Positions 14,216-28,016 of a stretch of DNA of 64,000 nt are shown piece after piece. This DNA comes from the human T2T-CHM13v2.0 reference genome, Homo sapiens: assembly GCF_009914755.1 (NCBI RefSeq), contig NC_060925.1, one strand, 5' to 3'. Below the pieces are notes generated by a model. It made no database searches. It was not told where the DNA came from and saw nothing but the letters and a program-made list of their open reading frames with translations. The translations under genes and the position numbers were made by a program. Each line of letters begins with the position of its first letter. Positions within the stretch are counted from its first letter, which is position 1.

Positions 14216-14414
14216 TGGAGGTATTCAAACTGAAAAAGATGCTTTAAGGCAAACATTTAGAAACCTTCTTGACTGGCTGCCCTCCAAACTAAAAAACTAG
14301 GTTATAATTTATTCTAACTATTAACCTTTTCCTTTTGTTTTCATAAAAATGGCCTAGGTCATGGGATAATCCACTAACTCAGTTTCTCGATTGTGAAACT
14401 TCTTGGGAAAGTTT
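14216..14414 (+). repeat. ~200-bp direct repeat, copy 1 (copy 2 at 15505-15699)
   Basis: TGGAGGTATTCAAACT...GATGCTTTAAGGCAAACATTTAGAAACCTTCTTGACTG...TTGTGAAACTTCTTGGGAAAGTTT occurs twice. Confidence 0.95.
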
Positions 14415-15504
14415 ATACCCTTAAAATAATTATTTGATGCTATGACTATTATATTCCTCATTTAACAAGGTGGCTGATTTTAACCTTGGCCATCTGATTC
14501 CAGAGAAGCTGACATTAACCACTACACAATATTGGTTCCCAGATGAGTACATGCAAATTGTTCTCTCTTCCTACGGTCTTCCTCTCTCTTTCCAAGATTC
14601 TTTATACTTTTTCTACCATCTGTTTACCCCACACCCAATGCCAAGTACTTGAATCCATCCTGAAGTGGAATCTTCAAAGGCATCAAGGTTTTAAGCAAAT
14701 ATCCTGGCTTCAGTTTGTTGGGTGACATCAGATTGATATTGTGAATCTTCAAGTGAGGCTTTGAAGCCTTAATTTCTTCAAAACATGGTATTTATAAGAC
14801 CAAAATCCCTTACTCTTGCTAATACTGACTGCCTGTTATTATGCTAAGTATCAATCTTTTTTTTTCAATCAACTCTCTGTTTTCACAGAAATGGGCAGAG
14901 TACAGACAAAGGAGTGAGAGGAAAAAAAATTTATCATGCTACAATATCTGATGACAAGTTCTTAGGTTGGCATCTTAGCCTTATGATGCTTTAAAAAGTC
15001 CAATCTGATATTTCTTATTAAAGTTCCAGTGAAGCCAACTTAAAAAGAGCCTTTATGGTTAATCACTACTATTGCTACACTTATGTAAATAATCAGGACA
15101 TGATGACAGTAGACTTATTTTGTAAACTATTCTTACTGCAACTATCTTTGGCAGAAGTAGGGGTGGCTGTAGAGAGAAAAATTATGTTCCAATAGAAAAC
15201 TATAGTACACCTGTTATTAGACTCTACTCCTGTTTATTGTCTTTGAGGTTTTGCGATCTACCTGTAAACTTTAACTGACCCCGAATTCTTCTAATATTTG
15301 GCTAAGACTTTGCAAACCTCTTAAAACTAACATTTCAAATTTTCTTCCACCTTTCTGACATGGAATCACTAAAAATAAAGACTGCCCCTTTACTAAAGCC
15401 CTGTGAGCTAAAACTGGACTACTTGATATAAACTGCAGATAAATCATAACAGCTCATGTATGGACAACCTTCATGCTTGTTGCTGTGGGCCACTCAGCCA
15501 TCAC

Positions 15505-15699
15505 TGGAGGTATTCAAACTACAAAAGATGCTTTAAGGCAAACATTTAGAAACCTTCTTGACTGCATTCCAAACTAAAAAACTAGGTTATAGTTTATTCT
15601 AACTATTAACCTTTTCCTTTTGTTTACATTAAAAAGCCCTAGGTCATGGGATAATCTACCCACACAGTTTCTGGATTGTGAAACTTCTTGGGAAAGTTT
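15505..15699 (+). repeat. ~200-bp direct repeat, copy 2
   Basis: Same sequence as 14216-14414 with scattered substitutions and small indels. Confidence 0.95.
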
Positions 15700-15709
15700 T
15701 AAACAGGAA

Positions 15710-16728
15710 TATGGCAGTGCTCAAGGTACACTACCCCAAAATATGACTGTAGAAGAACAGAATATGCCACCCTAAATCTTTGACATATTATTTTGAATGA
15801 GTTATTTTGAGAAACACCAGACACAGGATTGGCCCTAAAAAGTTACTTTTTTAGAGAGAGAAATTTACATCTGTAAAAGGAATCTTTATTTGCAAGAGTC
15901 TTTCTCCCTGCATCAGGAAGAAAAGGACACTAAATCACTAATGACTCTTAAACAAAATGGAAAAGGTATTGACTTAAATTTGCATAATCATCCTTATCTG
16001 TTGCAGATGGTGACTATCTGGGGCCGGTGTCAGATGGGTGGTTAAAATAATTTACCAAGACAGTTGGAGGTAAAGAAAGGCAGATTTATTAGAGAAGGTA
16101 GGAAAATGCATCCTAAGAAAGCCACAGGCAAATCAGCAAGAGAGGAGCTGACTACAAAGAGACAAAGACTTGTTGGTGATTTTATAGCATGGTGCTTATG
16201 CTGTGTGCTGAAGAGGGCTTTGTGCAATACAGATAATGCGTCAAGGTTTCAGTTAGCTAACTTGCATTTTTTGATCAGTAAAGAGTCCAGTGATAGCTGG
16301 ACACACGAAGATTGTGAGTTATTTGTGTAGGAGAGCTATGTTTTCTGGACCATGAAGAAAGGTAGACTTATACCTTATCTGCTTTTTATTTTTGCTTTCT
16401 CTTGGTCCCACCAGCCTGACTCCCTTTCCCTAATTAGGATTCCCCATTACCTTTGTTTAAGATACTTTTCCTAGCCATCTCCTCTTAGCTGGGTCTTTCC
16501 CTACATCCTTCTTTCTTGTTTCAAAAAACAATGGCATTTATCCTAAAGTTTAAACTTTCTTTGAGATTTGCTCCACAGTTGTACTCATTTCTCTGTATCT
16601 TCTCCCATGTAACATGTAACATGAAGTATACATTTTAATAAACTTCTGCTTGTTAACCTGTCTTTTGTTACAAGGAATTTCAGTTAAGAACTACAGAGTA
16701 GAGAGAAAATTAGTTTTTCTTCTCTACA
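15710..16728 (+). mobile_element. MER34-like ERV1 LTR with a nested opposite-strand LTR (~15998-16446); probable ERV1 internal sequence upstream (14216-15705)
   Basis: CAGAATATGCCACCC and CCCCAAAATATGACTGTAG motifs, with AATAAACTTCTG near the end. The nested TG...CA element is flanked by TTATC/TTACC. Confidence 0.6.
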
Positions 16729-17239
16729 AGAACAAGAAACAAAATGAAATATATTCCCAATAGTTTCACAAAACAATTAAATCATAACTAAATTTATAAT
16801 AAACAAATTATTTTTGAAGACATTCGTAACAATAAAGGTAATGTATTGTTTTATCTTTTTAAATTTTTTGAGCTGGGAATTGTTGACTGCCAAGTCATTA
16901 GGGAATATCTCCAAGACTGCTTTTGTTTGAAAACTGTTGACTTGTTTCTCTGAAAGAAAAGTACAGCCACTATTGTTTACTATTGATAGGTTTGTAGGAC
17001 TTTTCATTCTTTAATTTCCTTGTTTGATATAACAAATATTTATTTGAACACTAACAATACACAAGGCAAAATGCAAGGGATGGAGGGAAAACAGGACATA
17101 TAAATATGAAATATGTATTTTATATATATATGTGCATATCACTTCATTTGGAGTGATAGAGAAGACATATGCATGTATACAAATAAAGATAACTAATCAT
17201 ATAAAACAACAAGTAAAATTCCAAATTACTCTTGTAATT

Positions 17240-17824
17240 GTTTAGGGGAGAGAAAATCTTCTATCCTCTGAAGGTTCAATAATTGAATCTATGAAATAAA
17301 CTGACAGTAGACAGTTTAGTAGGAGAAAAGCTATTTTAATTACACACAGGAGTCCCACAAAGTAGAGGACTTGAAGAGGGGCCAGATGAGAGAAGTTTTT
17401 ATAGCATCCTGAGCTAAAGAAAGGAGTAGGGGTTGGTGGTTTATGGGGGGTGGTGTCTATACAAGTTGCAGGGGAGTAAGAGGAGGGAATGCATGGAGAA
17501 CAAAGGTTGTCTTGTTATACAGATAACATCTCTCAGGTAATAAAAGTTGTCTCCAAGGATCTCATCAGAAGAAGAGGTAATGGATAGTTTGTGACAAAGT
17601 CTTTCTGGAGTGTGGTGTCTCCTGTGAGTTAATCTTCCTTCACTGATGAGATTCCCAGGGAGGATACCTATGACAATTGTGTTTCTTTTTGGAGGCTCTA
17701 TCTTCAGCCACTTAAGGGAGTTCAGAGAGAGCCCTTTCTTGTATTTGCTGTTTCCCAAGTGCCCTCAGTTTGAAATAATTAGCATACCAAAATGCTACAT
17801 TTTGAGGTTTACTGAGTCTCAACA
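17240..17824 (-). mobile_element. Old ERV1 LTR (MER31-like; family uncertain)
   Basis: TG...CA-bounded segment ending CATACCAAAATGCTACATTTTGAGG...CAACA, typical of the MER4-group LTRs. Confidence 0.45.
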
Positions 17825-20285
17825 ACTGCTACTATGCAGGTTAAGTAGATAATTACCTTGAAGATGCTGGAAATAAAATAAAATCCATGCTTGCCTTTAG
17901 AGAACAATCAAATTTCTGTGATAGAAGCACATACATGAGAGGATGGCCATTTGTGTTTCTCACAGCCCTGCCTCTTAAATTCAAACACTGTTTCATGGGA
18001 ATTGTTAAGCCAGTAGTATGTTGGGGGTAGGCACTGCAGAGATGAGAAAAGGAGCTGAATAGTATAGACATGTGAAACATGCAATTTAAGTATGCAGTGC
18101 AGTTTTACAACCTTATAAGAACAAATTATACTATTATACAGGAGGAGTAAATTTGAGCAACAGTTCAGTGTTTAAAATGTTAGTCTTCTGTCCTTTATTG
18201 CTGTATTTTATATATTGGGAGGAAAAGGCTGTAGAGAAGCCAGTTGAGGAATGACAATCTAAGTGCCTATCTTGTACTTGCTTGTCTTTTCCAAATTTTG
18301 AGGGCTTCAGCCATACCACAAAAGAGCAACAATGAAAAACTCAGGGAGTCCATTGAAGACAAATGGAGGTAGTCTTTGGCAAGGACTTTTGGTTTTGCCT
18401 TCGTTCTGCCACCGTAAGCTAAGTATATTGTGAAGGTCCCTTAATGTCTGAATCTGAGCTGCCTCATTTGTGAAATGAAGATAATAATGTCAACACAGGG
18501 TTATTATTGTAATAAACAATTGAGAAACAAGTGAAAATGCTTTGAAAAGCTGGAAACACATTATATGTGAACGTGCTGCTGCTTTGTGTTGATGACAACT
18601 CGAAAACAAACACTGGGATATTTTCTCATGGAGGGAAACCATCTTTGGGTCATGGAGATAAAACATTCTGAGAAATAATAGTTTAAATTCTCTGTTTTCT
18701 AGTAGCCAGTACCACAGTTTCTGAGGAAAAAAATCATTTCGATCAAGTAGATATTATTCTTTCCTGACTGAAAGACAAGAATATACAGTTTTCTTTCACC
18801 AATGGTGCCCCCAGTGTTTTGTCACAATTTTTCTCTCCAATTATTCTGAGAATATTTTGGAAAGGTAGCAGAAATTAACCTTTCTTAAATGACTCGTGTG
18901 TTTTCTTTTAAAAAGGAGTACACATTACTACAGGGTATTAGGTCCTACTTTCAACTTTATAGCTTTCAATGCTTGCCTCATCTATCATTTACATTTATCA
19001 TTAACTTTCATGTTTCCCGAGGTAAACAGTGAAATTATCTCTTTTCTAGAGAGGCAGAAAGATGAGCAGAAAAGAGGGGCTCACTCTGATATATCACTCC
19101 TGAAGTGTGAGTGATGTTAGTGAATCCCATGATGGTCTAAGGCTTGGAGAAAAGATGAGATAGAGGGCAGTGGTCTTGTGATTCTCACCTCAGTCTCACT
19201 GGGACGGAAGAGTGTCCTCTTGCAGGTGGAGGTTACCAAAACAAATGAGAGCTAAGTTCTAAAGCAGCCTAATCTTCTCATTGTTCCCAGACATTGAGCC
19301 CAAGATGTTTCTGTTCTGAATACGATTGATCGTATTTCTATCCTCTGTGATTTAGCTTCCATCACTTTCTCCATCTTACTTTAAATTCAAAATATCTTTC
19401 AGTGCTCAAGTACTAACCAGGTTATCAAGTCCTAAACCAAATCATTTGATAAAAACGTGTGATATGCCTGACCATTTTGTTCTTCTTTCATGTTGCAGCC
19501 TTAATTTTCTAGCAGCTCTTTTAAGACTGAAGGTACTCCAATAGTTAACAAGTGATAGCTGTAATTGGCCTCAAGAGGATTCATGAGTCTCATGGGAGAT
19601 TCTGCTTGGCGAAGGGGAAGGTCACCTTCATCTAATCTGAAATAAATTTGAGAGTCTCACAAACATGAATCCAGAATATTAATAAAAACAAAGAAAGAAG
19701 CACTGCCAAAAATGTTACCCAAGCAAATCTCTCAAGGGCTAGTCTTCTGGGACTGATAAAATCACGTACATTTGCGTAAAGCCTGTAGGAATCCTAGTGT
19801 GTCACAGCTGTGCACTTACCAAGTGTATTGACTCTGAATACAAAGTGAGAATAAATCTAAGATACAGCTCACGTTGTGTTGTGCATAGGAATAAGTTTGA
19901 AAGCAGGCTACAGGCCTGGTATGGGAAGACAAGGGAATGAGTAGTTCTTCAGCTGCAAATCTATTTTAGATACTCAGCAATGAGGTTGAGGAGAAAATAT
20001 ATGAATAAAGGCGGGTACTGGTGATAATTCATTTTTGAAAGAAAAATGCCAAAATAGGGAGGCATTATCTATAAACACATAATTTCAGCAATGGTGGTTA
20101 TTTCAGCCTTTGACAGGGCACAGGACACTTTGGATAACTGTTCCTCTAGGTGCTATCTCAGAGAACAAATTTATCATCAATCATTGTGGCCTATTTTAAT
20201 GGACAAAGACACAAACTGAGATAGAGGAAAAAATCAGAATTCTAGAGGAAAAAAATCAGAAACGGGCAATTATCCAGAATGAGTC

Positions 20286-20578
20286 TTTTTTTTTTTGAGA
20301 CAGGGTCTCACTCAGTCACTGAGGCTGGAGTGCAGTGGCACCATCTTAGCTCACTGCAGCCCAGGCCTCTTGGGTTCAAGTGGTCATCCCACTTCAGCTT
20401 CCTGAGTATCTGGAACTACGGGTGTGTGCCACCACACCCAGTTAAGTTTTGTATTTTTTGCAGTGATAGGGTTTTACCATGTTGTCCAGGCTGGTCTCAA
20501 ATTCCTGAGCTCAACCGATCCTCCCGCCTTGGCCTCCAAAAGTGCTGGGATTAAAGGCATGAGACACCACGCCAGGCC
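20286..20578 (-). mobile_element. AluJ with TSD CAGAATGAGTCTTT
   Basis: Antisense Alu; CCAGAATGAGTCTTT is present on both flanks. Confidence 0.92.
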
Positions 20579-22609
20579 CAGAATGAGTCTTTATAAAGAA
20601 AAAAAATGAGCCTATTACTGCTCAATTCTCCCCTTCACTCTGGCTTTCACAGGCCATAAGCCCCCGTGCTTTGTTATTCCTTTAAGTACACAGGATCCGT
20701 GAGACTCCCTGGTTCACCTGCTGAGCTAAATTCTATACTATTTGGTCAGGGTGTAAATAATTAAATAGAAATTCTTGCTTTCACTTCATAATTATCAAAA
20801 GATACCCCAGCTTTTCCCAGGGTTCCTGGTTTAACCATGTGATATTTCAAGTAGGAAGAAAATCTAACTTTCTCTAGTATTGAAGAAATCAATTTAAAGT
20901 GAGTATTTGGACCAAATTTTCCAAATATTGGCTTCTTAATTTTTCCTGTTTTTTTTTTTTTTTTAGTTCAGATAGATATGCTGTTTTTTATTTTAAGAAA
21001 AAGTTTTTTTCATAAAAAGAAAAATATTTTGAAAAACATTTTTTTAAATCTCTTGGGAGCATCTTCACCTGCTACAATAAAATAAGATACTCTGAAGACT
21101 AGAGAAGAATAAGTAGTAAGTAAACAATAACTCATGTGGCAATTAGTCTTTAGTGAGCTCCCAAAATGCGCCAGGTATACAGTGGTACTTATAACTTCCA
21201 AGCATAATGAGAGCATTTGTAGTCTTTTGTATATGCAAGGAAACTGAGTTTCAGATAGGAAATAACTTAAGATCATACAGAAGGAGAATGTGGATTTGAA
21301 CCCAGAATCTTTTCATACCTAAGCTTGTGATTTTCCCACTTACCTATATTTCCTTTTCACCTAATATGTTTCTTAAGCTATGTGTTAAAAACAACACTAA
21401 TAGCCCAAGTTTTTCTTGGAAGTGATTTGTTTGGGATGATTCTTTACACTCTCCCTTGTCGCTACTGGTATGCATTGTCACCCTGGATCAGAAACCTTCA
21501 AGCATCAAATCAAATTCTTTTGCTTATTCAGATTTCTAGCCTTCTTCCCTCCTACCTCTGGCTCCCTTGGTATGGTCCTGCCTTCCCTTTCTAATATTTT
21601 CTGCTTTAATTTCCCTTTACCCAATCAAACCACAGTCAAACCAAATGACTAGCTGTCCTCTCTTCCTCTGTGCTTTCCCATCTCCATGCTTTTACTCAAG
21701 CCATTCACTCTACCGGAAATGACCTTACCCCTTCCTCACACCAAATTCAGAAGCCTTGATCCTGCCATCTTTCTCAGGCCAGCTCAAGTTCTTCTCTTGC
21801 TTTTGTGGCTGGAAGTAATTTCTCCCTCCTGCAAACCTTTATAGCACTCTCTTAGTATATTTCTCATGAACTCATCACTTTTTACTTTGTAATATCATTA
21901 TTAATATTTGACTCTCATTTGCTCCTCTAGACTGAGTGAAGGATCTATGACTGATTCACCATTTTGTCTTCCACAGAGCCTAGCTTCTAACTGAAGCTAA
22001 CATAGATGTAAGAATGCTAGATTTTGAAAGAACACATAGTTAAATTTTAATTTCAAATGGAGAAAAAATAATTTTTAAGTATATTTGGATACTTTTACAT
22101 ATTCAAATATTATATGAAACATACTTACATTAAAAAATCTTCATTCTTTATGTAAAATTCAAATTTAACTAAGTGTCCCATATTTTATCTAGCAATCCTC
22201 CCAACAAACCCTTATCAAGTAGTTTTTAAATAAGTGAATTGCATCTCAGTGGTTCAAATCTGCAACTATGGTATCATTAGCACTGGCTGAAGTAACTTCA
22301 AATAGTAGTAAATTAAGATAGCTTTGAAAAGAATCATAGTGGTAATTTAGTCCAATCTTCTAGCTTGTGGATTATTTTTTTAAAAAGAGATCTCTCAGAG
22401 ACTTGCTCCAAATCACACAACTAACACTCAATTACACACCTCTTTAAAATTGGAACTTAAAAATACAAAGTAGAATCATCAAAACGTCAGAGAGCTATAA
22501 GGATGAAGAGAGCTTCTGTATACTTAAACTGTACTTCTGTATTTGCTCATTCACTCATTTGAGACTGGCATTAGCAGCTCTATCAGTCCTTGTTTTTCTG
22601 GTATACAAT

Positions 22610-22992
22610 CAGGGGTTCCCAAACCCCCAGCTGCAGACAGGTACCGGTCTGTGGCCTGTTAGGAACCAGGCCACACAGCACGAAGTGAGTGGCGGTGAGT
22701 GAGCATTACCACCTGCCTGAGCTCCATCTCCCATGAGATCAGCCGCACATTTGATTCTCAAAGGAGTGTGAACCCTATTGCAAACTGCTCATGCGAGGGA
22801 TCTAGGTTGCACACTACTTATGAGAATCTAATTAATGCCTGATGATCTGAGGTGGAACAGTTTCATCCCAAAACCAATCCCCCCACATATCCAACGCCCT
22901 TGACATCCAACTCCTGCTCCCCCAACCCATCCCATGGAAAAACTGTCTTCCAAAAATGAGTCCCTGGTGCCAGAAAGGTTGGAAACCCGCTG
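22610..22992. mobile_element. MER1B-like hAT-Charlie element
   Basis: CAGGGGTTCCCAAACCCCC...GGCCTGTTAGGAACC...TCCCTGGTGCCAGAAAGGTTGG. Confidence 0.85.
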
Positions 22993-25181
22993 GTCTACCT
23001 GTCTCTCTATACATTTGTACACATTGTTTCAAACTGTAAAGTCTTAAGAGTCAGTGACTGTCCTATCTGGTCACTGATTAATCTTGCCTGGTTAATGAAA
23101 TGTGATTATAAAAGGACCCCCAAGATATATTCATAGAACCAGGGAAGACATAAGTAAAATGATCTAGGTCAGAATTTTTATTTCCTGCACTTCTGGCAGC
23201 AATTTTCTTCCCTAAATCGCTGGTACTTCTCCTTAGGATACTCAGGGGCTCCTGCCTGTCAGGCTTCTTTGCTTGCAAGGCCTTCTCTCTCTGGCACTTC
23301 TTCCTTTCATCAGAACTTTCCTGTCCTGCTCTTATCTGCTCACCAGGTGGGAAAACAGCTCGAGAAACTAATCTGAGCAAAGGTGTTAAAGGCTGACATG
23401 GATTTAATAGGTTTAATATGCATCTTCTCCAAGAAGCAGGTCAAATGTCATACTTTCTGTGAAGATTACTCATTTCCAAGGAGGCTAACTGCTTCCTCCT
23501 GCAAGCTACCACCACACTTCTATCAACCTTCTAGTAAAGTACTTCTCTGGCTGAAGTTTAATTTGCTGTATATTAATATGCACACACAATGTCTCTTTTC
23601 ATGTTTATACTGCCAGCACCTACTATAGCATCTACTTCATAATAGGCAATCAATATATATTTGTTAAGTAAGTGTTTTGTTAACTTGATTTAAACAGGTG
23701 ATCCCTAGATGTTTAATAGTCAATACAATGATTCTTCAATGATTACCAGGGCCACACATTGGGAATAATCAGTAAAGAAGTTTTTAAGGTCTTGGTCTAA
23801 CAAGTAGTCTTCAATTGTGTGTAGCATTTCAGTAATAGCATTATTATTGGTTCAAGAGTGTTTATAAGAGAGAGCGTTATAAAACTTGAACTACTTGGTT
23901 TCTTCTACTTATTGTCTCCAACCATGCTATCTTAAACTTTTCTCTCTCATTTTCTTTAATGCCATCCTGGCCAGACCATATAACTTTCTGGTTACTTATA
24001 ATAATTAAAATATAGATTTGTCTAGTTTAAAACAGAAGGGGAGAAGATAAAGTATGGCACGCTTTTTCACTCCTTCCTTCCCTCTTTCTAGGTCTGTTTC
24101 TCTGAAGTTAGGGGCAGGAAGGAGGAACAGAAAAATCATAGGTCATCTTACAAAACCATCCATATACTGGACTGAGATGTAAGGCTTTTCTGGAATGATC
24201 CTGGTCTGGAATTTTGGAATGGCTGTGTGCTGTCCTGGTGGCTTCTGTTGGTTTGGTGGTCTCTGTAAGGACAGAGTGCTCACTTTCAGAAGTGTCTAGT
24301 CATCCTAAAGCTACTAGCTCTCCATCCCTGCTGCAATCTTTTTTTCCGTGTGGGGGTTCCCTCTCTTTGCCCTGTGGCTGTATGAGCTGCTCTAGAGATT
24401 CCGCACCCCACCCCAACCACTGTATCTTTTCACACAGAGCTTCAGAAACTATTGGTCCTCTTTCAAGTAGTCACTACTTTGGTGGCTTGCAGCCCTACAC
24501 ACTACACTAGTAAGCTTTCTGCCTGCAGAACATCTAAATGATTAATAAGTACTTTCCCCCATGTTTGCAAACACACTCCTCCCCCAAATTCCTTGACAAG
24601 CTCTCCTAAGGATTCTCTCTTCATGCTCCACTGTACTCCAATGGGAGCTCTACAGTGGGCCTGCAGGTTCTACAGATCAGAAAGGAACAAGAAGAAAGAC
24701 TCTCCCTTTTGTTTGCATCTCTATCTACTATGATTCTCTTGTAGCACATTCCCCTCACTTGACTATCCTCTTAGCCAACTGTTCTTAAGTAGGGTCACTA
24801 GTCCTCAGCTGGTCAGCTTGGAGAACTGCTACAAAACTGTGCTCCAGGGTGCACCTTCTGCTGCTGGCATATAGCTACCTTCAGATCTGCTATGGAGTCT
24901 ATAACACAGATTATTAAAAGTTGGCTATACAACTGTTTCTTATTTTTTTTAATCTTTTTTATGACTATACATCTTAAACAGTTTCACCATTAGAAAACTA
25001 TCATGTTATCTGAAAACTTGGGGCTTGGGTACATTTTAATCATTTCTACAATGCTATTCCGTTATTCTCATTTCAATTTTATCTTGTATATTCACTACAT
25101 GCACAGCTTTAGAATTCACAAACACTGTCAGTCCTGGGTAAATGAGGATAATCCTCTATGTGCTGTTGACTGAAACCTTAC

Positions 25182-25278
25182 CTTCCTCTGTGAGAGACCC
25201 GAAGTGTCACCAATTCAGTTAACTTTCTCCTTTTTCCCTCTGAAGATATCCAGACAGTGCTTTTTAAGCGCTCTGTTT
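25182..25278 (-). other. RGS5: Putative 97-nt non-coding exon of the divergent (RGS5 distal) transcript
   Basis: Minus strand reads ttcattttatttttcttag|AAACAGAGCG...GAGGAAG|gtaagg. Strong acceptor and donor in unique sequence, no ATG. Confidence 0.6.
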
Positions 25279-25499
25279 CTAAGAAAAATAAAATGAATCG
25301 CATGTACTCAGCATGTTGCACTCAAAGAGCATTGGTAATATAAAAATAAGTAATTAGTACTCAGTTTTCAAAGGAGGTAAAAATCCAGGAATTGCATTTT
25401 GTTCTGAGGCAAGCTGGTATATTTGCCCTGGTTTGAGCCATCAGGCTATTTATATAGATCCTGCCCAGGAAGGCCTCTGGCTCATGATGCTGTGAGCCA

Positions 25500-25938
25500 T
25501 GTTTTATGGGTTGAATTGTGTCCTCTAAAAGAGATATGTTGAAATCCCAATCCCGAATACTTCAGAATGTGACCTTATTTGTAAATAGGGTCTTTGTAAA
25601 GGAAATCAAGTTAAACTGAGGTCATTAGGTTGGGTCTTACTCTAATATAATATGACCAATGTCCTTATTAAAAAAAGGAAATTTGGACACAAAAATACAC
25701 ACAAGAATGCCATGTGAAGATAAAGGATATTGGGGTGATAAATCTACAAGCCAAGGAATGCCAAAGATTGCCAGCAAACCACCAGAAGCCAGGGAGAGGC
25801 ATGAAACCGATTCATCCTCACAGCCCTCAGAAGGCATCAACCTTGCTGATATCTTAATCTAGTACTTCTAGGCTCCAGGACTGTGAGACAATGAATTTCT
25901 GTTGTTTAAGCTACCTAGTTGGTGATACTTGTTATGGC
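25500..25938 (+). mobile_element. MLT1B/C-like MaLR LTR
   Basis: ATGGGTTGAATTGTGTCC...TTGTTATGGCAGCCCTAGCAAACT. Confidence 0.85.
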
Positions 25939-28016
25939 AGCCCTAGCAAACTGATGCATTATACCTTAATTCTAATCTCCTAATTTCTGAATTATATATA
26001 TTCTGAATATATAAAAAGGGCTCCCCTCCCACTTGGGAACAACTCCTATAAGAGGTGAGGGCTGAAACAGAGGGAAGACCTACTGAGATTCTGATATGGG
26101 ATAAGGTTCCTCAAAGCATGGTTTTCCTGCCCTTAGATCTCTAGCTGCTATCTCTCTCTACCACATCCCTCTTCTAAGTCAAAGAGATGACAATGTCAAG
26201 TAAAAATTGATTCTAGTAGATCCTCTACTTATTTTCTTCTCTGAAATGAAATAATTTTCTTCCACATAAATCTAGGGGTCTACATTGCCAAGTGGTAAAA
26301 TAGTTGGAGAACTTAACAATGTCTTCTCAATTTTATGTGTGACATGAAAGTGAGAACTTTTTTTTTTAACAGAAAGGAAATATCAAATCATGTAGAAAAA
26401 GTCCCTCATTTTACTAAGCAGGAATCAATACCCAAAAGATTTCTAGTCCATTAATCCTTCCACTGGGTCCCATGCCGGTTAAGGATGGGAGACAGAGAAG
26501 CGTGCGGATTAGGAAAGTACTGTACTTCTGCAACTTAATGGCAAGTGAGATAACTTTGGCTTTAAGAGTAATAAAAAAAAAAGGAGCTTTAGTAACACAT
26601 GATTGGTTCAGTGATGAGATCTGCGGCCAAAAGCAATGTCTAGTACATGAATCAGAAATTCTTGATACTACTCATCACTGAAGTACAACGGAATTTCAAA
26701 GGAAAGAAAAGAAGTAAATTAATATTTATTGACCACCTTCATTGTAACACTACTTAATATCCATTATCTCATTTAAACTTCACCACAGCAGCCTTATTAG
26801 TAACCATATTTTATAGAAGAATAAACTGAGACTTAAAGATGTTTAGAAACCTTATCCAGAAAATAATGAGCAGTAACTGGCAGAAATGAGATAGAAACTT
26901 ACATCTGTATCAGCCTGCTAGGATAGCAGTTGTTCTTAACTCCATGAACAATCTGCATCCTAATCACTTGCAGAACTACTTTAAAGTGTGAGTTTAAAGT
27001 TCCTAAACCCAGAGATCCTGATTCAGTTGGTCTGTGGGTGGGGTCCAAAAATTTGAGTTTCAAACAAGTTCAGTATCACATTTAATTTTTACACAAGTCA
27101 GCAGTGTGCTACATTTAAAAAAGTTATTCTTTGAAAATGATTCTCAAGTGAATCTTAATCTTTTACATATTAGTTCAGATTAGTCACTATACCATAGAAA
27201 CTGTGCCATTCTAAAATAGAATGAAAATAACCCCTCCCCATTTCAGTGTTTACCAGCATATTGTGTGACACAATAAGTAATAAGTTCCAACTATGAGATT
27301 ATTTGAATAAGTACAAGGAAAAGTTAGACACTGACACAGGATGGACAATGTTGTACTTTGACAAATAGAAACATTTAAAAATTATCATCTATTATAATCA
27401 TCTAGAAAAAGAGATAACACAAAAAATATAGGAAAGGCATAATATTAAACTGTTTTATAAGCCAAATAAATTTAGTTTTATAAAAAACTTACTTCACTGT
27501 CCTTATTTTTCTCATTTAAATTAACAAAACTTCATCAGGAACCAAAACAGGTCAATGGATTGAGCCATGCCAATAGTTCACTGTCATGAGAATAAAAAGT
27601 CCAAATAAGACTCAGTCTTTGACTTTAAAGGTATTGCAATTTAATTGAGATAATCAAATTTACCTGCATGAAATGACTCAAAACCAATATAAAATAGTAT
27701 ATAATTATGTACAGGCATACCTCAGAGATATTGCAGGTTCAGTTCCACACCACTGCAATAAAGTGAGTATCACAATAAAGGGAATGACACAAATTTTTTG
27801 GTTTCTCAGTGCATATAAAGAGTTATGTTTACACTATAGTCTGTTAAATGTGCAATAATATTATGTCTAAAAATACACAAATCCTAAGTTAAAAATACTT
27901 TATTGCTAAAAAATGCTAATGCTCATATGAGTCTTTAGTGAGTCATCATCTTTTTGCTTATAGAGGGTCTTGCCTTGGTATTGATGACTACTGACTGTTC
28001 AGGGTGATGACTGATA

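Noticed and set aside
19812-21350. Strong isolated minus-strand donors (GTAAGT near 19818 and 21343)
   Set aside because: No convincing partner acceptors; such motifs are common by chance.
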